From: Blasia pusilla
Taxonomy: Eukaryota
NCBI GenBank assembly: GCA_050084515.1
Contig: CM114271.1
Coordinates: forward strand, 23,374,001-23,438,000
Direction of reading: 5' to 3'
Length of the DNA stretch: 64,000 bases
The notes below the pieces were generated by a model. That model searched no databases and had not been told where the DNA came from. It saw only the letters and a program-made list of their open reading frames with translations. Positions 24,114-38,066 of the stretch are shown piece by piece (positions within the stretch are counted from its first letter, which is position 1; each line of letters starts with the position of its first letter). The position numbers were made by a program, and so were the translations under genes.

Positions 24114-25221
24114 TGTGATACCCACAATTTTGTAATCTTGAAGAATAAATCTTTTTATTCAACGAAGACTCTTGTATATTATGATTTTGATTTTGATTAT
24201 TTATTATTATGAAGAAGAATAAGTGAATCACCAAGTTCCGAAGACAAGGCAGAGAGATGAAGATCAAGGATTTTCCTTAGAGGAGAATCAAAAAAAGAAG
24301 TATTTTCCTTGAAGCTCTTAAGCCCAGCTTAGCAAAGCTTAGCAAAGTCTAACGAAGCTCAAAGCTCTATACACTCAACATGATTGAAGAAGGAAATTTT
24401 GAAAGCTCAACATGATTGAGATTTGAAACGACACATAGTTTAAACAATGAGACTAGGAAAGGGTGCGACCCTTTGTATCAAATTGGTAGTTAGAATAGTT
24501 TTGTACCATGGATTCATAGGGATCGTAGGAAAAGCTAAGTGAACCATAGATCTAGGTAGTTACAGATATTGAAGAGACACCCCTTCATCAAGAACGCCGG
24601 ATCATAGAAACGATCCTACTCGTCAAGAATATTTAAGAAACAGAGAGAAGCTATTATCATCATTCGCTCATGAAGTCCTTATCTTTGAGGAATGGTCCGA
24701 GCAAGAGAGTTGTACCCTCTGAGCTTGTAGATACTTTGAAGTCTTCCAATTCTTGATGGAGTAGTAAAGCATTCATTCATTCATTCTGATGTGCGATGCT
24801 TATGTCTGAATATTTTTTGGGTGCCGAGTGAAGAGTGAATCAGGCGAACCTTTCTCATCAATGGAATAATCAAATATAAAGTTGTATGAAATTTGTTTGA
24901 CAGAGAGTAACCTACCCCGACGGATTGAGTTCCGAAAGTAGGAGAAGCCAGCTTTATTCTTGAGGTCTCTGTGAGGTTCCGAGATGATGAGAGAACAAAT
25001 TGCCTGAACGTCCTTTAAACTCCACTCGAGAGAATTGAAGAAGAAAATATAGGTACTAAGAAGGATCGGAAGCTGATACTGGAATATTACATTTGAATTA
25101 CATAACCAATTACACTTTTACAACATAATCATCACTTTATACTCTCTTTTCATCCAACAATGATCCTCTTGGGGATCGAACTCTACAATTGACTGTAAAT
25201 AAGAAACACTTACACATTACA
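24114..25221 (+). repeat. 5' LTR
   Basis: TG...CA. Nearly identical to 33634-34813 except for length variation in an AAGC/CGAAGC-rich tract. Confidence 0.95.
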
Positions 25222-25238
25222 TATAGTCGAAGACTTTT

Positions 25239-25258
25239 TGGCGCCGCTGCCGGGGATC
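25239..25258 (+). other. Primer binding site complementary to tRNA-Asp 3' end (TGGCGCCGCTGCCGGGGATC)
   Basis: One mismatch to the TGGCGCCGTTGCCGGGGATC PBS known from Athila-type elements. Lies 17 nt downstream of the LTR end. Confidence 0.8.
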
Positions 25259-25713
25259 ATATCCTTGGCTGAGAAGGGAGAGAAAGATCCATGGGGAAGC
25301 ACGGAACGGAGAAAGAAGCTTCGCTCCTAGACAACCCACATTCTAATTCTTACTAAAGACCATCGGCTAGCTCTAGCGACCCCCGTAAGACAATGTATGC
25401 TTGAAGATAACAATACAGTTGCTGCATTGGTGCTAGAGAAGATAGGCCAACTAATTAGAATGGTCAAAGAACCGGTCGCCGAACGGTGCTTCGCCCATGG
25501 ACGATAGTTGTACTTGGTGAAAACCGGTACTTTGTCTATGGGAGAAAACTGGCAGGAAGCGTAGGAGCACCAGGCACCCTCCTGTAGATGTAAAAAGAAT
25601 CAGTAGTTAACCTCCATCCATGGACCCTTACCCTATCGCCACCGTGGGGGTGATCGCGAGTTGCCAAATCCCCCAAGAGGCTTATGGAAGGCTCTCCGCC
25701 CTCTTCGCGAGCA

Positions 25714-28700
25714 ATGAGCCAATCGGGCGAGTAGGCAGAGAGAATAAAGAACCGGCTTGAAACCCCTGGTTTTTGTCTCGAGTCTTCGTCCTCGTCCGAA
25801 GGCGAAGACCAAGAAGAAAGAAAGGGACAAATTTCCCACTACGTCCCCTGCTTGTTCGCAGTCGGACGAAGAGTCGTCCTGGGACCCCTTTGGAGAGTCA
25901 GGGAGCGAGGAGCCGATCAGAGCACCTCGGGCGGCACCCTTACCTCCTCCCTCTCGAGCATCAAGCCCGGGAGCCAGCAAGAGAGCAGTGCCCATGGCCA
26001 ACACTAGAAAAAATTTGCTAAGGTACCCCACCTTTGCTGGAGGCCGACGAGACGATGTGGATAACTTTGTTCTTGAATTCACCCATGTCGCAAGAGCCAA
26101 TGGGGAAGGGGCAGAGGAGGATTTGTTACGAAGTCTTTCCAGGCCTGCTCAAGAAGCGAGCAAGCCAGTGGTACGAAGGTCTCGGAGCAGAAGTCACGGA
26201 AATCTGGAAAAGGGTCTTGGAATCCTTCCTACACGAGTTCCGCGACTTGGAGTTCGAGGACAGGCTTCTTACAAAGCTTCGCGACCTGAAGCGAAGAAAG
26301 AAGGAAACTCTCCGGGAATATACCCAACGGTTCCGGAGCCTTGTGAATAAGCTAGAACACACGACTACCTCTCAATTGGTAGATTGGTTCGTGTCTGGCT
26401 TGTCCAAAGAAATGGATCGGTATTGCCGGAGAGGCCAACGGGATTCCCTAGAGGCAGTCATAGCCTCTGCTGAGGCGTACAAAGCTTCAGAAAAGTCCCG
26501 CCGAACACGAAGACGGCGTCACCAACGAAGAGGGGCGTCGCAGACTAGTGCTTCGTCCGAAGACGAAACGTCCTCCACCGACACGGAGTCCTCTACAGAG
26601 GATTCGTCCTCGGACTTGGAGCAGGAGGTAAAAGCTAAAAGGAAAGGGAAGAGCAGGCGTCATCGCTCCCCCAAGCACCAGACTAAAACCCGACCAAGTA
26701 CCAAGCGTCGTCCTCAGCGGTCGGAAAGTCCGGTAAGAGGGACGGCAAGGAAGGCCGGCAAGTCGGCCATGGAGGAACTCAGTAAACAAATGGCTGAGTT
26801 GAAGGTACATCTGGCGGCCCAAAAGGACCCCAGAAGACGACCCGGGCTGATGAGGCCCAACGTTTGGTGTAGTAGTTGTGGAACCCAGGGGCATACTGTA
26901 CAATAATGCCCTGCGGTGGGTCCAGGAAGAGGCCCCTATTGAAGAAGGATGGTATGAACCAGAACAGTGGGAAGGGTGCTATGCCGTGCAAGCGGTGCCA
27001 CCCCCAAACCCTGGAAGAAGCTGGATCACGCGGTATGTACCTCCGGAATACGGGGAACAGAGACCCCTGAGACAGATTATGGGTGCGGCGGCCTTCACGC
27101 CACCCATCAAGAGAAATTATTGTTATAACTGCGGCGCAGCAGACCACTGGGCCAATAATTGCCCAAACCCGGGTTAAGCGACGGTGGGACTCAATCCCTT
27201 ATGCGGGAACTGCAAGAAGGGCGGGCACACTGCCGTGGAATGCCCGGAGCCTAAGGTCCCACGTTTGTTGGTCAGGTATGTAAATACTCCAGCGGCTCAA
27301 CCAGAGCCCAAGAACGATGTAAATGTACAACTGGTCCGGGTGGAAGAAGTAGTGTCCCCAAGACCAAAGCGAGTCACCATCAGCGAGGAAGACTCGACCC
27401 AAGGGGCCAACGAAGAATCATCAGACTGGCCCAAAGAATTTCAAGAAACAGTGTTGGCGGTCACCACGAGATCAAAGAGTCAGACCGTAGGGACCCCAAA
27501 GGTAAAGAAGGGTGCTTCGTTTTCGCGCGAAGCTCGGGAGCCCAAGAACAAAGCGGTGAACACCTTACGTGCCGGAAAGGCCATCCTCAAAGGCGATGTG
27601 GACCCGGCCTTTGACCGAAGTCATTCGAAATACTTCCATCAGGATGTGGAGGACCAGGTCCGTGCTCAAGTGCGGGAGGCCCAAGAACCAGAGGGGAAAC
27701 AGACCCCAGAAAAGGCAAAGGCCAACCCAAGTACGACAGTCCAAGCCATGGCGACATCACCACTGGTCCTAGAAGCGTACAATTTACTGAGGGACTTGGC
27801 GTCAACCCCGGCCAACATAACCCTGCTGCAGTTGCTAATGGATAACCCAGTATACGGAAAAATCCTGCAGCAGTGGAAAATCAGCCGCAAAAGACCCAGG
27901 AAGGCAGCGAAGCAGCTACCAGTGGTGGACCTGTTCCGTATCAAAGTCGAGGACTTGGGAGCCCCCGAAGTGGAGGTGGAGATTGAGGGCCATACTATTA
28001 AGAAGGTCCCCATTGATTCCGGAAGCGGAATCAATATTATGACAGAGCACACAGCTCGGGCCCTAGGGTACACGGTGTACGAGCCCACAGACAAGTACTT
28101 GCGGTTTGTGGATCAATCCCGGAAGAGACCCCTCGGACAGCTCACGCAAATTCCGACCATGCTCGGGGGGGTGTTGTTTATGTTGGACTACTTAGTCTTA
28201 CAGCCCATGACCGCGACGGGCTATCCTTTGCTCATCGGAAGACCCTGGCTGTATGGCGCGAGAGTGACTACAGATTGGAAAAGGCGACGGTTCACATTCC
28301 AGGCGCCGAATCAGGACTCGAAGCGGCTCATCAAGTTGTCGTGGAAATCTCGACCACCCCAAGGAGAGACGCCACCGACTGACGACGGCTATACGTCAGA
28401 TCAAGACAACACCACCGCTACCGAGTCCTCGTCCAATGTATATTATTTAGAATGTTATGAAATAGATGAGCAGGCAATACCCTCCAAGCCAAGGTCGACT
28501 CGAGAGGAAGAGAAGCTAGGTCATAGCACCTTCCGTTTATCAAAACATGGTTCGGGAGCAGGACTATGTCCATGTCAATATTGCAGATCAAAAAAATCTC
28601 TACGCCTTTCGGCGGATTTGTCTCCTACCACACTTATAAAATATAAAAGACTACTGTTTGAGTATTTGGATGTCTTTGCATACTCTATGGATGAAATGAG

Positions 28701-31356
28701 AGGCATTCCCGCACAATATGGTGAACACCGAATTGATCTTAAAGAAGGCGCGGTCCCGGTGCGAATGCGACAATATCGACTGAACCCAAAGTACTCATTG
28801 TTAGTCAAGGATGAGATCGATCAGCGTCTCGAGGCAGGAATAATCTATCCGGTGTTAAGCAGCGAGTGGGTGTCGCCCATCGTAATTGTGCCTAAAAACA
28901 AACGGGCAAAACCGAGTGTGCCAGGACTATCGGAAATTAAATGCGCCACCTTAAAAGACCACCATCCTCTACCTTTCACCGACAGTATTTTGGATAAAGT
29001 GGCCGGGCACGAGCGTTATACCTTCTTAGACGGGTATTCGGGGTACAACCAGGTATCCATAAGAGAAAAGGATCGTCCCCTCACAACGTTCACGACGGAC
29101 TAGGGAACTTTCGCATATCGCGTAATGCCTTTTGGGTTGTGCAATGCCCTGCCTACTTTCCAACGGATGATGATCTCCATCTTCCAGGAGTATCTTCGGA
29201 AGTTCGTCGAAATCTTTTAGACGATTTTTGTATCTTTAGCACGGAGGCGAACATCTTGAAAAGTTAGAGTTAACACAGACGTCGCCGCAAAAGTGCATTT
29301 GTCCCTTCATCCGAACAAATCCTATATCGCTATGAAACAAGGAATTTTGCTGGGACACCGAGTGTCGGCGCAAGGGAATTGAGGTCGACAAGGCGACAAG
29401 GCCAAGGTGGATATTATCGTCGCATTGGAACCACCCACTAATCTCCGGAATTGAGAGGATTCTTGGGACATGTCAGGTATTATCGACTGTTCATTAAAGA
29501 TCACGCGGTAAAAGCAGGGCGCTCTTACTGCATTACTTAGAAGACCACCGAATGGGAGTGGACACCAACGCGTGCCAAGTGGCATTTGACACCTTAAAAG
29601 ACGATTGCAAAAGGCTCTTGTATTTCCGGTCCCCGATTGGACCAAACCCTTCCACGTGTATGTAGACACATCCTCATTTGCCATTGAGTAGTGCTCAGCC
29701 AATTGGATGAGCACAAACATGATTTTCCAATTTGCTACGCCGGCCGACAACTATCGGCGGCAGAGCAGAAATATACAACCACCGAACGAGAGGCGTTAGG
29801 CATGGTCTTCTCGTGTAAAAAGTTCGACACTATTTATTAGGGTACGAATTTTTCTTTCATGTGGATCATTTTGCACTTTCGGACCTTTAATGGTGAAAGC
29901 CGACTGGGGACGCATTGCACGATGGATCTTGTTGCTACAAGAATTCACATTCGATGTGGTGACCCGTGCGGCAAGGTGCATACCAATGCCGATTTTCTTT
30001 CCCGTTGAGGATGACAAACGCGACCTCACCCAATCATCGATGATACCTTTCCCGATGAAGATCTGTTCGGATAATGAGGAACGGTTGAGCCGATCGTTGT
30101 ATGCGGATATTCTCGCGTTTTCTAATGACTCGCGACTTCGCCCGATGACGGAAGCACGCGCAGTTTTTTACATCGGATAGGCCCTTATGAGCTCTGGTCA
30201 AGGGTCTTATTCAAATTAGGTGCTGATGAAGAGCATCGAAGATGCTTGGAAGCTGAAGAGGTTCCCCAAGTCATCAGAGCTCTGCATATGGCTGATTCCG
30301 GTGGACACTATGCGGTAAAAAATACCGTGAAGAAAATTTTGGCCGCACGATATTGGTGGCCGACTAAGTACAAAGACGAGGTAATTTTATTCGAGTTGTG
30401 ATGCTGTCAAAAAGGTGTCGACCCACGGCGACTCACGCGGTGGCCTTTGGTCCCCATCATGCCCCTAGCTCCTTTTGAAAAATGGGGCATTGACTTCGTA
30501 GGCCCTATCTCCCCGGCCACTCGCCAAACCCGGCGGAAGTATATTCTTATCGCCACGGACTATTGTTCTAAGATGGTTGAAGCAGTAGCCACGCGGAAAG
30601 ATGACAGTGAAATAGTGGCTAAGTTTTTATACGAGATGATTATCACGCGTTATGGCTGTCCGTTGGAACTAGTCAGTGATCGGAGGACGACTTCCGAACC
30701 AGACTATTGAGTCTCTCACTTCCCACTTTCTCATTAAGCATCGGAAAACCACTCCCTACAACCCAAAAGCCAACGGGTTGACGGAAAAATCGAACGGCCT
30801 CATTTGCCGAATATTGAATCGATTAACGGTAACCTATTCCTATGATTGGGACACAAAAATTGCCCCAGCATTATGGGCGTACCGAACAGCTGAGAAGGTG
30901 ACGACAAACTACACCCCGTTCTTCCTGACTTATGGCGTACATCCCTTAACACCTATTCAATGGGCGTTGCCCACTTATCGGGTATTGAGGGCACAAGAAC
31001 GGAAGTCATGCGGACGGTTATCGAACACGTGAATGAGACCCTAGTGGAGTTGGAAGAAGCACGATGCTCGCGTTACGACGGACAGACAGCCCAAGTGCAA
31101 AAGAACGTAAGAAACGTTATAATCGACATCTCCGCCACAATCTATCGATGTTGGCGACTTAGTGATATTGTATGATAACCGGCGACTAAAGTTCCCCGGA
31201 AAATTAAAATTAAATTGGATGGGACCCTACCGGGTATTGGCCATCTATGATAATGGATCCCTCCAATTAGAAACCTTACAGGGAGAATCCCTACCCACAC
31301 GAGTCAATGGAATGCATGTGCGCCGGTATTATGAGCCCGAACCTGAGGATGAGTGA
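25714..31356 (+). pseudogene. gag-pol: gag-pol polyprotein (frameshifted)
   Basis: Gag core (FPGLLKKRASQWY, ETLREYTQRF), three CCHC knuckles, protease PIDSGSGINIM, RT (EWVSPIVIVPK, FLDGYSGYNQV), RNase H (RIARWILLLQEF), integrase (KWGIDFVGP, TTPYNPKANGLTE, WMGPY). Start position approximate. Confidence 0.9.
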
Positions 31357-31701
31357 AACATGAGGAAGGGGTAGGCAAACGCCCCGTGCTTCGCAAAGTA
31401 GCGGCACGCAGGTTCAAAGACATGATTAGCCAGCGGCAAATAGCGGCAAGTTCAGACATACAAAGTTCGTGGAAAATATACCGAAGTTCAAAATATACCG
31501 TGATCCGCGAAGTAGCGAAGCACCGAGGTTCCAGACAGCCCATGCTTCGCGAAGCAGCGAAGCGCAGGAAGATAGGAAGGGGAAGCGTGGCGAAGCCGCG
31601 AAGCGCCCACTTTCTTGTTACTGACCAGCGCCCGCGACCGACCAAGAACGACAAGGGGAGCGGACTATAAAGCGATCTGGCGTACCCAAGCGGGTATTTT
31701 C

Positions 31702-33594
31702 ATGGACGGATCACCACAAAGTTGCGTGAGATGTGCCAAAGCGCGGTGTCCATCGAGATCGACCTAGCAACATGCCTCGCGAAGACGCCACACCCATTCT
31801 GCAGCGGCGATGCCAACGGTCAAGTGCCACCGGAGTGATCGAGGCTGGAGGAGCGATCGTTGGAAACTTTCTTTCAAGCCAATGGACTCTAACATCCGGA
31901 GAACTCTGGCGAGCTTCGCTCGGCGTCTGCAGTCGCCAAATTTGAAAGAAGGGTCTTCGGTATCGAGCTCAGCCCCAACACCGACGGGCGGACGATCGAG
32001 AGCAACTTATTCGCTCCGGCCGCGCTTTTGAGTACGAAAGTATGACACGGAGTTGCTCGTCAAACATGAAGATCTTTTAGCACTCGGCTGTGTCACGTCT
32101 GAGCGCTGGCGAGAACGGCTACAAGGCTTCGTCACTCTCTCCGCCGTCTTTGGTCAGTTTTGCAAACATCTTGATGACCTGTTTTATCCCGCTCGTTCTT
32201 ACTATCTTGACAAACAAGATCTTGAAGATGTGCTACATCATCTGGAATCAACACCTTGACCCCGAAGCCCCAGGAGTCGACTTTGCTGCTTTTGTGGACG
32301 GGCACGTACGAGGAATGGTGGACGTGCTTCATCCAAGCACGAAGTCCTTCCTCTCTCCTTTCTTGATTCACCTTTATATTCACAAGCAGGAATTAACCGC
32401 AGAGGAGGCGTTAGATTGGTCACAAGTGACCCCGTCCGACTACCACGGAAAGGCGCAACTAGTACCGGGGTAGGTAGCCGCGAAGTCACCCCGCCCTCCA
32501 AGCACCTCAAGAACATCCGCACACCCGGCTTTGAAGAAAGACGGTTATCAACGAAATGCCTTGGCCAAAGCGAGGCGGGTCAATTTTGAATCACCGGACC
32601 CTTAACATGTCATGCAGAGGATTCCGACGAGACCCCGCGGGCAAGGGATCATCAACCTACGCTTCGTCTCATGTCGCAGACGGCAGACGACATGATGTGG
32701 TTCTTGCAATTGGCAGTTCCCGTCATGAACCAACTCCAGCGGTTCTTCACCTCGAGGATACGGCGTCCGTGGACGATTATTTAGAAGGCTTGCACGACCT
32801 CAACTGCAGAGCCCAAGCCCGTCGCACGGACCACGAATCTGGTCGAGAGCAGCGTAAACGACCGCAAATACGGAATCGGGAACTCGAAGAAACGCACCAC
32901 GCCGCCAAAACTCAGAGCGACTTGGTCCGAAGTGTCGACAAAGCACCGGAACGCACGCCAATGGGAAAGTTTGGCGCTTAAAATGAATGTGGGGCGGATC
33001 GTTAGTTTCGCAGATCAAGGAGGCCGCACCTCATTGACAAGTATCGACATCGATCAAAGAGTTCACACCGAATTCAAGAAGTTGTCGATCCAGCATGCCG
33101 AGTCTTCGAAGCTGCTTCAAGAACATCAAGAAGCTAACAAAGACTTAGTGGCACAGTGGGCGGAGGCTACCGGGAGGATCGCAGTCTTGGAGGCAGAGCA
33201 GAAGCTACTCAACGAAGCCCAGATGGATCCGGACGATGTCAAAGAGCTGGTCGACGAAGCAAGCAAGAACTTCGAAGAACAGATGAACGAGGAAATCGAC
33301 TACATCAACAAACATTGGAAGCGCCAATTCGACAATCATACTAAGTCTCTTCCAGAAGTAGTACCCACTCTTTCCATTACTCTTGAAGAATTACCAACAT
33401 TCACTCCATCTGATGTCTTAGTCCAGAATGAAGTCCTCGGGAGTCACTTAGTTGTTAACAAGTCGCGAGAAAGAATGCGCAATCATACCCCTAACATTAT
33501 CAACAAACCTTCTACGATTCATGGCCGTTTGGTGCCTACCCCTGAATTTGATAGTTTAGACGACACATTTATGGAGATAGCAGATACATCATGA
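31702..33594 (+). pseudogene. Additional sense-strand ORF between pol and 3' LTR (unknown function, C-terminal coiled coil)
   Basis: Chain of overlapping + ORFs (32053, 32090, 32556, 32932) ending 40 bp before the 3' LTR. TATAAA at 31666. No recognisable env signature. Confidence 0.55.
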
Positions 33595-33620
33595 AGTGTT
33601 CGCCGGGGCGGCTCACATTT

Positions 33621-33633
33621 GAGGGAGGGGGTA
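33621..33633 (+). other. Polypurine tract
   Basis: GAGGGAGGGGGTA immediately before the 3' LTR. Confidence 0.85.
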
Positions 33634-34813
33634 TGTGATACCCACAATTTTGTAATCTTGAAGAATATATCTTTTTATTCAACGAAGACTCTTGTATATT
33701 ATGATTTTGATTATGATTATTTATTATTATGAAGAAGAATAAGTGAATCACCAAGTTCCGAAGACAAGGCAGAGAGATGAAGATCAAGGATTTGCCTTAG
33801 AGGAGAATCAAAAGCTGTAAAGAAGTATAAAGGATCAAAGCGAAGCTCAGCGAAGCCCAGCGAAGCCTAGCGAAGCTTAACAAAGTCTAACGAAGCTCAA
33901 CGAAGCTCTATACACGAAGCACGAAGAGCGAAGCACGAAGCACGAAGAAGAAGGAAGCACTTCGTCCTCCGGAAAATTAGCGCAACGAAGCTCAACATGA
34001 TTGAGATTCGAAACGACACATAGTTTAAACAATGAGACTAGGAAAGGGTGCGACCCTTTGTATCAAATTGGTAGTTAGAACAGTTTTGTACCGTGGATTC
34101 ATAGGGATCGTAGGAAAAGCTAAGAGAACCATAGATCTAGGTAGTTATAGATATTGAAGAGACACCCCCTTCATCAAGAACGCTTCGGATCATAGAAACG
34201 ATCCTACTCTCAAGAATATTTAAGAAACAGGACAGAAGCTATTATCATCATTCGCTCATGAAGTCCTTATGCTGTAGGAATGGTCCGAGCAAGAGAGTTG
34301 TACCCTCTCGAGCTTGTAGATACTTTGAAGTCTTCCAATTCTTGATGGAGTAGTAAAGCATTCATTCATTCATTCTGATGTGCGATGCTTATGTCTGAAT
34401 ATTCTTTTTGGGTCTGCCGAGTGAAGAGTGAATCAGGCGAACCTTTCTCATCAATGGAATAATCAAATATAAAGTTGTATGAAATTTGTTTGACAGAGAG
34501 TAACCTACCCCGACGGATTGAGTTCCGAAAGTAGGAGAAGCCAGCTTTATTCTTGAGGTCTCTGTGAGGTTCCGAGATGATGAGAGAACAAATTGCCTGA
34601 ACGTCCTTTAAACTCCACTCGAGAGAATTGAAGAAGAAAACATATGTACTAAGAAGGATCGGAAGCTGATACTGGAATATTACATTTGAATTACATAACC
34701 AATTACACTTTTACAACATAATCATCACTTTATACTCTCTTTTCATCCAACAATGATCCTTTGGGGATCGAACTCTACAATTGACTGTAAATAAGAAACA
34801 CTTAGACATTACA
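33634..34813 (+). repeat. 3' LTR
   Basis: TG...CA, followed by TSD ATAGG. Confidence 0.95.
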
Positions 34814-35199
34814 ATAGGCACCCATGGACTTCTTGGGACGTCGTTCGAGTAGAGAGTGTGAAGGCGGCCAAAGTAGCACATGTTCATTTTTTGGATGCAG
34901 AGCATGGTATAGGAGGTCAGAGTGGAGTGGTTATTGTAGAGGGGGCTAGGGTTGCTACATAGCAACCAAAGCCGAACGTTGCGTCCCCTCCAAGTGAGGT
35001 CATGATGGAGACATGGGAGCCTATGATAGGTCTCAAGTTGATAGGAGGAGAGCGCGGCGAGTTCATAGGTTTTTGAGAGGGCATGTCAGTTGTTTTGCCT
35101 TTAGTATAAGAGACTTGGGTAAGTTGAAGAGTCTCGGGATACGCATTGAGTTGGCTAGTCCATCCATCATTCTTTATATCCTTCTTTAGGCATGTATTT

Positions 35200-37990
35200 T
35201 GAGATGGATAGCCTTGATAACTCCACAAAGGACTTGTTGGAGGCAGGACTTGTGGAGTTATCACATGGGGAGTATACATCTCCCACAATCATGCCCGCAA
35301 AGAAGGATATATATGGCAATTGGATGGATAGGCGGATGTGTGGAGATTACCGTCCTATCAACCGACAGACGAGGTGAGATCGGTATGCCATGCCTACTCG
35401 TGAGGAGATCTTTGATGCGGTAGGGCATGCAAAGATCTTCAGTACTTTAGATCTCCGTGATGGCTATCATCAGCTTCCTATCAGGTTGGAGGATAGGGAG
35501 AAGACAACATTCTGGGGGATAGATCGGTTTGGGAGAGATTGATACACGATGTTACATAGATGATATTCTTATCTTCACTTCCACGGTTGAGGAGCATGAG
35601 CAACATCTGGAGGAGGTGTTTCGGCGATTGTAGTTACATGGAGTGAAGTTATATCCAAGCAAGTGCAGATTCTTTCAAGAGCAGATTGAGTACTTGGGAC
35701 ACACCATATACCCAAGTGGGTTAGGCGTTCAGTAGACGAAGGTAGAGGCTATTGCATAGATTCTACGCCCTACAGATGTGAGTCGAGTCCAAGCATTTCT
35801 TGGACTGGAAAACTTCTATGGACAGTATGTCAAGGGTTTTAGTGCGATCGTAAAGTCTTTGACCTTGTTGACGAGACTTGATCAGTTTTGGTTGTGGGGA
35901 GATGATCAGGAGCAAGCATTTCAGGAGCTCAAGGATAGGTTGACGTTCTCACCCATTTTACAGAGACCGGTTAGGGGTCGCCCATTCCAGTTACAGATGA
36001 ATTCAAGCATGTTGGGTCTATGAGCAGTGCTTACTCAGAGGGATGACGAGGAGAGGGAGTTCTTTGTGGCTTACGCGAGCCGATCGAACAACCTTGCAGA
36101 GGCAAAGTACAACTACTACGAGGGAGGGTGCTTGGCTGCAGTATGGGTCGTGGCACATTTGAGGTGCTATTTATTCGGCAATCCTTTCACACTCATCACT
36201 GATCATCAACCGTTGAGGTGGTTGATGGAGTCCGACAAGCTTACGGGAAAACTCGCCAGGTGGGCTCTATTACTACAAGAGTATGAGTTTGAGGTGGTTC
36301 ATAGGCTAGGCCGGCTGAACCAATATGTGGATGGGTTGAGTCTTAACCCATGTCCGAGTTAGAGAGATGATAGAGGAGCTCGATGGCACGGAGAGAGTGA
36401 TGAGGAGATGGTGCTCGATTGGCATGCATCTGCCTATCTTTGTTGGTTGACTATGGTAGGTCAGCCACAAGTGATGACTCTAGTGGTGGGGTTGGATGAT
36501 GAGTCTTTGGATCCGGAGGTCAATGAGGAGGCGACAAGTGGTCGTGATATCCATGACGACGTGGAGGTTGTGGAGTTCTTGCGCATTGGCGTCATAGCGA
36601 GCACACTTAGTGCTAGGGAGCGCGATCGGATCCTCTAGCGAGCTAGGAGGTTCAGGTGGGAGGGGACTCACATCTTGCGGGTATGGGGAGATGGTAGGAT
36701 ACGAGTGGCACCTCATCCTTCCCAACGAGCACGTGTAGTGCAACATGCCCATGAGGAGTTGGGACATTTTGGAGTGAAGCGTACTTAGAGCTTACTCCAT
36801 ATTCAGTATTGGTGGCGCGGCATGCATATTGGGGTACAGAAGTTTGTGGCGAGATGTATGGTATATGACAGAGTGCAAGCATCCTTCAATGCTCCCACTC
36901 TGTAGTTACATCCTTTTCCGATCATGGATTTAGGTTATCGATGTAGTTTAGACTTTGCGGGACCTTTGCCATTGACGAGGCATCATCATAAGTACGTGTT
37001 GGTCATGGTGAAGCATTTCTCCAAGTGGATAGAGTTGGTGGCACTACTGGACAAGGCGAGCAAGGAAACAACTTATGTGTTTCTAGATCGTGTGCTTAGT
37101 CACTTTGGTGCATCAGTGGAGGTGTTGACTGACCAGGGTATCGAGTTCAAGGGAGAGTTTCAGGCCTTGTGTGATCAGGCGCTGATAGATCACCGCACCA
37201 CGTCGAGAGATCATCTTGAGGCAAAAGGTTGGCGGAGAGAGTAGTACATACGGTGAAGAGAGGATTGCGCAAGTATGGCTTGTAGTGAGGAGAGTTGAGG
37301 GAGTGGCACCTACAGTTGCCATGGTTGGCTATGGGTTATCGCTTTAGTCGGTAGGCATCCTTGGCGTCATTTTCACCATACTTTTTGCTCTTTGGGAGAG
37401 AGCCAGATTTACTTGCAGCTATTTGACGTGACATGGCGGAGGTGTTAGATCTTGATGATCCAAATGTAAGGGTACAAGCATGTTCTCAAAGGGCGGAGAT
37501 TTTTCGTAGAGTTATGCCTATGGCCTTTGGGAACTTAGCTATTGCTCAGCATAAAGATACATTGAGGTACGCAACTATTCGTGGAGGAGGTTATCGTCCA
37601 GGGATTAGGAGGTTTCATCCTACAGATGACGTGTATTTACAGCAGGCGGCACCCACGACGCTAGATGTCACTGCAGGGCGCACGATCCCACATGTGTGCG
37701 AAGTATTACCGACATGAGTCCTCATGTTGGAGGGACGGGATGGTATGGTTTGGAAGGATCATGTGCACAATTGTGCGCCATGTCATCTTCCGAACGTAGA
37801 CGAGATAGTGGATCCAAGCTTGGCAGTGGTACCTACAGGCCTGAGGTGTGTGTTGTGTGGATCTGCGAGGGGTGCAGCCACCATGTTGGTATGTGATGGT
37901 TGTTCTCGAGGGTGGCATATGTCATGTCTGACCCCCCCTCTTGATGTAGTTCTCATGAGACAATGGATTTTTCTGAGATGTGTATGGGGT
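35200..37990 (+). pseudogene. pol: pol remnant (RT, RNase H, integrase, PHD finger) of the DNMT-bearing Gypsy
   Basis: RRMCGDYRPIN, STLDLRDGYHQ, YIDDILIF (RT); YASRSNN..YEGGCLA..TDHQPL (RH); LDFAGPLP, TDQGIEF (IN); CVLC..CDGCSRGWHMSC..W (PHD, ~37847-37982). Co-linear with 5729-7790. Confidence 0.9.
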
Positions 37991-38066
37991 AGTAGGTCAT
38001 GTTAGAGAGATGTGATATTTTCTATCTGGAGTTGGGGGGATCCAACTGCCAACTAGGGGGCCGGTT

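Larger units (their letters stand above)
24114..34813 (+). mobile_element. Full-length non-chromovirus Ty3/Gypsy LTR retrotransposon (Athila-like PBS), 10.7 kb
   Basis: Paired LTRs TGTGATAC...CATTACA, 5-bp TSD ATAGG (24109-24113 and 34814-34818), tRNA-Asp PBS, PPT, domain order gag-PR-RT-RH-IN, no chromodomain seen. Confidence 0.95.
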
